Source: Thermoplasmata archaeon (GTDB lineage: Archaea > Thermoplasmatota > E2 > JACPAO01 > JAHFTW01). From it: 64,000 bases of DNA. The position numbers and the translations under genes were made by a program. Below are positions 9,810 to 17,021 of this stretch, in pieces. Every line of letters starts with the position of its first letter. Position 1 is the stretch's first letter. A model generated the notes under the pieces. It was not told the origin of the DNA. It worked only from the letters and a program-made list of their open reading frames with translations, and made no database searches. The stretch is taken from the NCBI GenBank assembly GCA_034667725.1, contig JAXDQS010000003.1:544001-608000 (forward strand), given 5' to 3'.

Positions 9810-10825
9810 TGCCTCCCCGCACGACCGCCAAGACCACGAACGCCCGCCCCCGCGCCGCCGTGCGCGCCGACGCCCTCCCCGGCGCCCGCGCCGTGCTGGG
9901 CATGGAGGACACCGCGCCCTACCTCGCCGACCTGCTGGCCGACGCGGCGGAGCTCAAGCGCCTGGGCCACGCCTTCCGGCTCCCCAAGCTGCTGGAGGGC
10001 CGCGCCATCCTGATGGTGTACGAGAAGAACTCGACCCGCACCCGCGTCAGCTTCGAGGTCGGCGTCCAGCGGCTCGGCGGCATCGCGGTCAACCTCGACA
10101 GCCAGACCTCACAGCTCTCCCGCGGCGAGTCGATCGAGGACACCGCCCAAGTCCTGTCGCGCTACGGCCACGCCCTGGTGTACCGCGCCAAGTCGCACGC
10201 CAGCGTCGAGGCGCTGGCCCGCTACGCCACCGTGCCGGTCGTCAACGCCCTCACCGACGTCGAGCACCCGTGCCAGATCCTGGCCGACTGGCAGACGCTC
10301 GCCGAGCACTGGGGCAGCCTCCAGGGCCGCACCTTCGCGTACGTCGGCGACGGCAACAACATGTGCCACAGCTACCTGCTGGGCGCGCCCCTGGCCGGCA
10401 TGAACGTCCAGGTCGCCACCCCGAAGGGCTACGACCCCGACCCTGAGATCGTCGAACGCGCCAAGGCGCTCGCGGCCGCCGCCGGCACCACCGTCAAGCT
10501 CGTCCGCAAGCCGGAAGACGCGATCAAGGGCGCCGATGCCGTGGCCACCGACACCTGGGTCAGCATGGGCGACGAGGCCGAGGAGACCCAGCGCATGAAG
10601 GCGTTCGCCGGCTACACCATCGACGAGGCCATGATGCAGCAGGCCAAGCCCGACGCCGTGTTCCTGCACTGCCTCCCCGGCCACTGGGGCCAGGAAGCCA
10701 CCTACGAGCTGGCGCATGGCCCGCGCAGCCTCATCTACGACGAGGCCGAGAACCGCATGTGGGCCCAGATGGCGCTCTTGTGCCGGCTGCTGGACATCAA
10801 GGTGCCGCGGCCCGACGTCTGGTGA
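9809..10825 (+). CDS. argF: Ornithine carbamoyltransferase
   Basis: STRTR, HPCQ, SMG and HCLP motifs. Confidence 0.96.
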   Translation: MPPRTTAKTTNARPRAAVRADALPGARAVLGMEDTAPYLADLLADAAELKRLGHAFRLPKLLEGRAILMVYEKNSTRTRVSFEVGVQRLGGIAVNLDSQTSQLSRGESIEDTAQVLSRYGHALVYRAKSHASVEALARYATVPVVNALTDVEHPCQILADWQTLAEHWGSLQGRTFAYVGDGNNMCHSYLLGAPLAGMNVQVATPKGYDPDPEIVERAKALAAAAGTTVKLVRKPEDAIKGADAVATDTWVSMGDEAEETQRMKAFAGYTIDEAMMQQAKPDAVFLHCLPGHWGQEATYELAHGPRSLIYDEAENRMWAQMALLCRLLDIKVPRPDVW

Positions 10826-11882
10826 CCGCGGCGGCCAGCACCACCACGACCAGCGCGAAGCCCGCCGGCGACGGCGAGCGCGCGGTCAGGCTGCCGGCCT
10901 CCTGGCCCGCCCAGCGGTCGAAGATGACCACCTTCACGGGCAGGATGCCGTAGTAGCCCACGAGGTCGCCTTCGCTGACCAGCCCGTCGCGGTCTTGGTC
11001 CCACCAGCGGAACGAATGGTTGCCCGAGGGAGCGCCTTCCCGCATGGTCGGGTTCGCCACGGCGCCCTCGAAGCGCAGCTCGATCTCCTCGGGCCGCACC
11101 GAGTGCCGCATGTGGCGCAGCGCGACCCCATCGCAGCTCGACAGCCAGCCCCCGCAATTGTACCGGGTGGACTGCGCGTCCACCTCGACCGGCTTGCGCC
11201 CGCCAGGCGCCGGCTGCTGCAGCACGACGCTGTCCGGGTAGGCGTACCGCACCGTCATGTTGCCAAGCCGCGGCTCGCGCACCTCCAGCTGGGCGAAGCG
11301 GCCGGCGGCGTCCAGCTCCAGCTCGAACGAGCCCCGCGCGGTCTTCCCCGACGCGATGCGCCCGTCCTCGTCCGCGACCTGGTATCCCAGCGTGCCGAGG
11401 ATGGCCTTCCACGGCGTGTCCCGTCGCAGGTCGCGGTACACGACGCGGGACTCGTTGCGCTGCTGGTGCTCCAGGCCGGCGCGCGCCTCCACGACGTAAG
11501 ACACCCCGTCCTCGCGCCAGGCGGCCAGCCCGTCGGCCGGGACGATGGTGCCGGTGAGGTTGGTGGCCACGATGTAGGGCTTGGAGAGCGTCACCTCGAC
11601 GGTGTACGGGCCGAGCTTGCCGTCGGCGTCGCCGGCCGCAAGGCGCTTGTCCAGCGGGCTCGGCTGCAGGCTGAGCACGAGCGCCACCGCGCCCGCCAGC
11701 ACCACCAGGACCACGAGGCAGGAGAGCGCGATCCAGACGCCGTTGGGCGTCTTGCGGGGCGGCCGGGGCGGCGGGACCGCCTCGGCGTGCGCCACCAGGC
11801 CGCAGGCCGCGCAGCGCGCCAGGCGGCCAGGGGCGTGCACCGTCGGCTCGCGGCAACCCGGGCATCGTGCCTGCACGACCAT
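10797..11882 (-). CDS. Membrane-anchored hypothetical protein: N-terminal Zn ribbon, TM helix, C-terminal sorting-like tail
   Basis: CPGC...CAAC, then a hydrophobic helix, a DQDRDGLVSEGD Ca-loop-like motif, and PAGF + TM + RRR at the C-terminus. Confidence 0.65.
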   Translation of the reverse strand: MVVQARCPGCREPTVHAPGRLARCAACGLVAHAEAVPPPRPPRKTPNGVWIALSCLVVLVVLAGAVALVLSLQPSPLDKRLAAGDADGKLGPYTVEVTLSKPYIVATNLTGTIVPADGLAAWREDGVSYVVEARAGLEHQQRNESRVVYRDLRRDTPWKAILGTLGYQVADEDGRIASGKTARGSFELELDAAGRFAQLEVREPRLGNMTVRYAYPDSVVLQQPAPGGRKPVEVDAQSTRYNCGGWLSSCDGVALRHMRHSVRPEEIELRFEGAVANPTMREGAPSGNHSFRWWDQDRDGLVSEGDLVGYYGILPVKVVIFDRWAGQEAGSLTARSPSPAGFALVVVVLAAAVTRRRAAAP

Positions 11883-11905
11883 CGGGCTTCGATGCGCTCC
11901 CCTCC

Positions 11906-12586
11906 ATGAAGCCTTGGGTTTTTGGCCGAGGCCGGGCTGCGCGCGGCGTGCAGGTGCTGGACGTCGGCCGCATGGAGTACGGCGAGTGCCTCGCGCTCCA
12001 GCTCCGCCTGCGCGACCAGCGCATCCGCGGCGAGGGCGAGGACACCTTGATCGTCGTCGAGCATCCTCCGGTCGCGACCCTCGGCCGGCGCGGCGACCCG
12101 AAGGAGGTCTTCGACCCCACGTTGCCGGTGTTCGCGATCGACCGCGGCGGCAAGGCCACCTACCACGGCCCCGGCCAGCTCGTGCTCTACCCGATCGTGC
12201 ATCTGGGCGAGAACAACCGCGACGTGCGCGCCTGGGTCGTCCACCTGGAGAACCTGGTGGTGCGGCTGCTGGCGGACTTCGGCGTCGCGGCCAAGCCCCG
12301 CCTCGACGCCCCCGGCGTGTGGACCGAAGGCTCGGGCAAGAAGATCGCGAGCATCGGCATCGCCATCCAGGGCTGGGTCAGCACCCACGGCATCGCGTTG
12401 AACGTGGACCTGGACCTGCGCGAGTTCGAGCGCATCGACCCCTGCGGGCTCGGTGCCGCGGTGATGACGAGCATGAAGGCCGAGGGCGCCACTGCCACCA
12501 TGGCCGAAGCCAAAACCTGGGTCCACCGGCACGCCGCCACGCACCTCGCGGGGTTCCGTGCGTTCGACGCAACGGTTTCACTTTGA
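11906..12586 (+). CDS. lipB: Lipoyl(octanoyl) transferase
   Basis: VEHPPVATLGR, RGGKATYHGPGQLV, KIASIG, HGIALNV, PCG. Start could be GTG 11948. Confidence 0.95.
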   Translation: MKPWVFGRGRAARGVQVLDVGRMEYGECLALQLRLRDQRIRGEGEDTLIVVEHPPVATLGRRGDPKEVFDPTLPVFAIDRGGKATYHGPGQLVLYPIVHLGENNRDVRAWVVHLENLVVRLLADFGVAAKPRLDAPGVWTEGSGKKIASIGIAIQGWVSTHGIALNVDLDLREFERIDPCGLGAAVMTSMKAEGATATMAEAKTWVHRHAATHLAGFRAFDATVSL

Positions 12587-12624
12587 AACGACAAGACGCG
12601 ATTGCGTCCCTTTTAGCGTGTTGC

Positions 12625-12648
12625 TAGTTTTGTCGCATATAAAAACTA
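12625..12648. promoter_or_regulatory. Inverted repeat overlapping the TATA box of the recombinase gene
   Basis: TAGTTTT-N10-AAAACTA spans TATAAAAA in an AT-rich spacer. Confidence 0.45.
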
Positions 12649-12688
12649 AATACCTGCATAAGGCGGCGGCTTCGGACCTGCACCCTTC

Positions 12689-13540
12689 ATGAGCGGGATC
12701 CCAGCATCCAGTCGCGTGGTCCGCGTCGCCCTCTACACCCGCGTCTCCACCGAGGACCAGGCCAAGGAGGGCTTCAGCCTGGACGCCCAGCTCGAGCGGC
12801 TGCGGTTCTTCGCCAAGGCCCAGGGTTGGGAGGTCGCCGGCGAGTACGTCGACGAGGGCCACTCCGGCCGCACCACCAAGCGCCCCCAGTACGCCCGCAT
12901 GATGGAGGAGCGCCCCCGGTGGGACATCCTGCTGGTGCTGAAGATGGACCGGATCCACCGCAACAGCCGCAACTTCATGGCCATGATGGACCAGCTCCGC
13001 AAGGAGGGCAAGGAGTTCGCCAGCGTCACCGAGTCGCTCGACACCTCCACGGCGATGGGGCGGTTCGTCATGGACATCATCCAACGCATCGCCCAGCTCG
13101 AGTCCGAGCAGATCGGCGAGCGCGTCTACATCGGCATGGAGCAGAAGGCCAAGCAGCGCGGCAACTCCCTGGGCAAGGAGGCTCCCTTCGGCTACCGCTA
13201 CCGGCCCGACCGGGTCCTGGAGCCCGTCCCCGAGGAGCGGGCGTTCGCGGAGGGGATTTTCCGGCGCTATCTGGCCGGTGCGAGCTCTGGCGAGGTGGCA
13301 ACGTGGCTTACCAGCGCAGGGGCCAAGATGCGGCGCGGTGGGGCTTGGACCCGCCAGCGGGTGCTCGACATCCTCGCCAACCCGACCTACGCAGGCGCCG
13401 CGAAGTGGGACGGCGTCCTGCAGCTGGCCACCCACGAGGGCGTCGTGGACCCCAAGACTTTCGACGCGGCGCAGGACCGGCTCGCCGTCACGAACCCCGC
13501 CATGGCGACCGTCCGGCTCACCCGGCTGCAAGTGGCTTGA
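12689..13540 (+). CDS. Serine recombinase (resolvase catalytic domain plus recombinase domain; no Zn-ribbon/coiled-coil)
   Basis: YTRVSTEDQ catalytic Ser, DEGHSG, RP, DRIHRN, then PFGY...ILANPTYAG...HEGVVD. Confidence 0.93.
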   Translation: MSGIPASSRVVRVALYTRVSTEDQAKEGFSLDAQLERLRFFAKAQGWEVAGEYVDEGHSGRTTKRPQYARMMEERPRWDILLVLKMDRIHRNSRNFMAMMDQLRKEGKEFASVTESLDTSTAMGRFVMDIIQRIAQLESEQIGERVYIGMEQKAKQRGNSLGKEAPFGYRYRPDRVLEPVPEERAFAEGIFRRYLAGASSGEVATWLTSAGAKMRRGGAWTRQRVLDILANPTYAGAAKWDGVLQLATHEGVVDPKTFDAAQDRLAVTNPAMATVRLTRLQVA

Positions 13541-13789
13541 ACAGCCCCTTCTACGCCAATACGAGAATATTTCTGTGTGTCGCTTGTTGTGCGACGCAGT
13601 GTCGCTCTTGCATCTACCCGGCCCCTGGGGCACCATTGGATGTGCAAAAACGTCCATCTTCGGCGTTTTTTGGGCAACTTGCAAGCATTTCCTGCCCTCA
13701 ACGGTCCTGAAAGCAACGCAATTCCGTCCTGTCCGGTAGACCGAACAGGACGCTGTGCTGGGCGCCTGGTTTATATGCCGCCTTCTAGG

Positions 13790-14224
13790 CTAAACGTCGT
13801 CCGCGACTAGTTCGCGACGAATCGCCTTCCTGCGAACCTTTTGCGGTTCATCGTTCTCACCATTCTGGCCCAGCATGAACAGCAGCAGGATGTCGATCTC
13901 CAGTTGGCTCAACAGCCGGGTCAAGGCCAGGAAGATCAAGGTGAACAGGCCGGCGAAGGCGCCCGTGATGGCCGCGGCCTGCTGCAGCGTCGCCGCCAGC
14001 TCCTCGAAGCCGGGGATGTATTGGCCCAGGACGGAGCCGATGGCGCTTGCGATGCCGAGGTAGAGGAAGCCGGCGACGACGGCGCGGATCTTGCCCCACC
14101 GCTCCAGGCTGTCGAGGCGCTGGTGGACCAAGGAGTCGGCGGCGGGCGCCTGGCGGCAGGCGACGACCAGGTGCTTGTAGCGGCTGGCAAAGAGCCACTG
14201 GAGGCGTCCGGCGAACGGATACAC
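13790..14224 (-). CDS. Small membrane protein (about 2 TM helices)
   Basis: Hydrophobic helices AVVAGFLYLGIASAIG and AITGAFAGLFTLIFLAL; GC3-rich codons from GTG 14224. Confidence 0.7.
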   Translation of the reverse strand: MYPFAGRLQWLFASRYKHLVVACRQAPAADSLVHQRLDSLERWGKIRAVVAGFLYLGIASAIGSVLGQYIPGFEELAATLQQAAAITGAFAGLFTLIFLALTRLLSQLEIDILLLFMLGQNGENDEPQKVRRKAIRRELVADDV

Positions 14225-14292
14225 GCAAAACAGGAGGGGCCGCGTGCCCTTGAGGCTTGGGGGTGAGAGGGAGAAGGGGGACGAAGTGGCGG

Positions 14293-14361
14293 TCACGCCG
14301 AGACGCGCTCGGTGTATTCCCATTCGGGCGTGACCACACGGATCCAGACGAAACTGTCCAT
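14293..14361 (-). CDS. Candidate 22-aa small protein MDSFVWIRVVTPEWEYTERVSA
   Basis: GGAGG ~6 nt before the ATG, mostly G/C-ending codons, followed by a pyrimidine-rich tract. Not in the ORF track because of its length. Confidence 0.5.
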   Translation of the reverse strand: MDSFVWIRVVTPEWEYTERVSA

Positions 14362-14619
14362 GTGCAGCCTCCCATTGCCCCGAATCCGCCCGGAACCGGC
14401 CTCCCAGCCAGCGCACGGGGGTGCTTGGGCGCACCCGGGGGAACCCCCACTATGCCCTGCAAAATATAAGCCGTTCCAATGGAAGCCGAGGTTCAGATGC
14501 AGGCTTCCAGGAGAGCGCTATGCCAGCATTTAAGATTTATATGCCTTAAAAGCGACCTTGACAAGAGCACACAGAAAGAAAGCCAATCGCATCGCATCGA
14601 TGCAAAGCGAGCCAATCGC

Positions 14620-14916
14620 TCAGTCTAGGAGGGTGAACAGGACGTCGTCCTGGCCGACGTCGAACACGCCCAGGCGGGCGCCCGCGTCCAGCCAGCCGTG
14701 GGCGTAGTTGCAGGTCGCGAACGCATTGACCAGGTCCCCCGCGGCGTGGAAGTGCTGCGCGTCGGCGTGGTAGCGGCGCGCCATGTCCAGGAAGTTCTGC
14801 GCGATGCGCGAGGCGAAGCTGCGCGGCGGCGCCACGACCGTGACCTTGGCCAGCGCGCGGGCCGTGGTGTCGAGGTACTTGCGCACATGCTCTGCGGTCA
14901 GCGGGCCGGGCGCCAC
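14620..14916 (-). CDS. DUF357 family protein
   Basis: FLDMARRYHADAQHF...GDLVNAF..NYAHGWLDAGARLG pattern. Confidence 0.85.
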   Translation of the reverse strand: MAPGPLTAEHVRKYLDTTARALAKVTVVAPPRSFASRIAQNFLDMARRYHADAQHFHAAGDLVNAFATCNYAHGWLDAGARLGVFDVGQDDVLFTLLD

Positions 14917-14951
14917 GCTGGGGCCACGGCGGGGTCGGCTTTGAGGCTGCC

Positions 14952-16961
14952 CTACTGCCAGAGGCGGCGAACCGCGCCCCGCCCCTTCTGGCGCTCGGCC
15001 ACCAGCTCGCGGTGGAACTGGCAGACGTCCCGCATCGGGCACCGGATGCAGGCGGGCTCCTCCTCGTGGCAGGCGTTGTCCGCCACCTCCCGCAGCAGCC
15101 GCAGCCGCTCGTCGGGGTCGCGGTGGAAGCTTGCCTCCAGGTCGCGCAGCACCTCGAGGCTGCGTTCGGGGCTCTGGCTGGCCCCGACGATGCCGATGCG
15201 GGCGGCGACGCGGTGGATCTCGCGCGCGTCCGATTGCAGCCAGGTGGCGCGGGCCTTCGGGCGCAGCTCGGCCTCAGGGGCCACGAGCCGGCGGGGGGCC
15301 GGCGCCACCGGGGCCGCGGGGGGCGGTGCCACCGCGGGCGCCGCCGACAGGTCCGGCGTCCAGGCCGGCGGCGGCATGGGCGGCGGCGTGCTCGGCTTGG
15401 CCGGCGCGGCCATGGGGGCCGGGGGCAGCGGCGGGACGACCGGGCGGGCCAGCGGCGCGGGGGCCGGTTCTTCCTCCTCGTCCTCGTCGGCGTGCAGGAC
15501 GCTGACGCTGCGGCCGCCGTGGGCCGTCATGCGGGGGCGGACGCTGACGAAGACCGGCTGGGTGAGGCCGCCGCCGGCGACGAGGGCTTCGCCGACGGCG
15601 AGGCGCTGGACCTCGTCGGCGACCTCGTTGCTGATGCCTTCGACGCTCTGGACGATGGCCTTCAGGTCGTTGGGGTTGGTGACCTTGAGGACGACCTGGG
15701 TGTTGCATTGCGACAGGACGTTCTTGTCGATCTTGGCGGGGCGCTGGCTCACGATGACGAGGCCGAGGCCGAACTTGCGGCCTTCGCTGGCAACCGTGCG
15801 GATGATGGGCCCGCTGACGGCGTTGCCGACGTTGCGCTCAGGGCAGAAGTTGTGCGCCTCCTCCACCACCAGGATGTGGGCGGGCACCTCGTTGCGCTTG
15901 CGGGCCTCCCACAGCATCCCGGCGATGCGGGTGACGACGACCTCCTGGATGTCGGGGCTGACGCCCTTGAGGTTGATGATGGTGCATTGGCCGGGCGACA
16001 CCAGCTCGCGCACGGGGGTGCCGCGGATGTCGAACACCTTGGTGGACTCGAGCAGTTCGAGGGCGTTGAGCACGTTCCACTTGGCGTTCGACTTGTTGCG
16101 CGCGACCCCGTCCATGATGTCGCGCAGGGTGTAGGCGGGGAGGTGCTCCTTGACCTCCTTGATCGCCTGGTAGAGCACGCCGACCTGGCCGCCACTGAGC
16201 TTGCCGCCCAAGAGGTCCACGATCTCGCGGCCTTCCAGGTTCATGCCTTCCAGCACGAGGCGGGCGGCCTCGGGGTTGAGGTTGGTGTCGAGCGCGAACT
16301 CCTTCACCTGCGATTGGAACGACTTGGGCTTGATGCGGTAGCGGCCCATGGTCTCCATCTCGCGCTCGTCCAGGTTCGGGCTGCGGAGGGTGCCGTACTC
16401 GCCGTGCGGGTCCAGGATCACCAGCGGGACCTTGGCCTTGAGGAACTCCTCCAGGATGACGCCGACGGTGTACGACTTGCCGGCGCCGGTCTTGGCCAGC
16501 ACGCTCAGGTGCTTCTGCGCCAAGGTGTCCATCGACAGCGTGACGGGAATGCGGGAGCCCTTGACGAAGCCGAGGTAGGCGCCCTCGTCGGCGTTCTGCT
16601 CCAGGCCGAGGATGCTCGTGACCAGGCGGTCGTCGGCGGAGTGGACCGGGATGCCGGCGCGGAACGGGCTCCGGGGCGTCTGGATGCGGCCCTGCGGATC
16701 GCGGTAGCCGATGATGCGGATGGTGGCCGACAGCTGGTCCTCGGCGTCGGCGGCGAACCCGGCCGGCATCGCGATGGCCTCCTCGTAGCTGAGGCTGCTG
16801 CGGCGGGTCACCGCCTCCACCTGCCCGAGCACGCGGTGGCCCTCCGCCTCGACCTCCACGTAGTCGAGGCGCTTGAGGTCCCCGTCCGACACCGCGATGT
16901 CGAAGCCGGTGCTGGAGACGTTGCCGTAGATGACGCCGACCTGCCGGCGGAGGCTGGCCAT
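14952..16961 (-). CDS. HerA/DUF87-family ATPase with HAS barrel and C-terminal EndoIII-like 4Fe-4S domain
   Basis: HLSVLAKTGAGKS Walker A, DPHGEY, VVEEAHNF Walker B, EGRKFG, SQRP; Pro-rich linker; C-x6-C-x2-C-x5-C. Confidence 0.9.
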   Translation of the reverse strand: MASLRRQVGVIYGNVSSTGFDIAVSDGDLKRLDYVEVEAEGHRVLGQVEAVTRRSSLSYEEAIAMPAGFAADAEDQLSATIRIIGYRDPQGRIQTPRSPFRAGIPVHSADDRLVTSILGLEQNADEGAYLGFVKGSRIPVTLSMDTLAQKHLSVLAKTGAGKSYTVGVILEEFLKAKVPLVILDPHGEYGTLRSPNLDEREMETMGRYRIKPKSFQSQVKEFALDTNLNPEAARLVLEGMNLEGREIVDLLGGKLSGGQVGVLYQAIKEVKEHLPAYTLRDIMDGVARNKSNAKWNVLNALELLESTKVFDIRGTPVRELVSPGQCTIINLKGVSPDIQEVVVTRIAGMLWEARKRNEVPAHILVVEEAHNFCPERNVGNAVSGPIIRTVASEGRKFGLGLVIVSQRPAKIDKNVLSQCNTQVVLKVTNPNDLKAIVQSVEGISNEVADEVQRLAVGEALVAGGGLTQPVFVSVRPRMTAHGGRSVSVLHADEDEEEEPAPAPLARPVVPPLPPAPMAAPAKPSTPPPMPPPAWTPDLSAAPAVAPPPAAPVAPAPRRLVAPEAELRPKARATWLQSDAREIHRVAARIGIVGASQSPERSLEVLRDLEASFHRDPDERLRLLREVADNACHEEEPACIRCPMRDVCQFHRELVAERQKGRGAVRRLWQ

Positions 16962-17021
16962 CAGGGGCTGGACTTCCCGTGCCCTTATTTCAGGCCGCGC
17001 AAACGAGGCTCGCGCGCCGCC

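Noticed and set aside
13541-13790. Replication origin or XerA dif site
   Set aside because: No ORB-like repeats and no cdc6/orc1 nearby; the 28-bp palindrome lacks the AT-rich dif core.
14375-14450. c-di-AMP riboswitch, SRP RNA or RNase P RNA
   Set aside because: Only short motif resemblances, in the wrong order; no SRP helix-8 or RNase P conserved regions seen.
14952-16961. HerA-based anti-phage system or the herA-nurA-mre11-rad50 operon
   Set aside because: No Sir2, nuclease, NurA, Mre11 or Rad50 neighbour.
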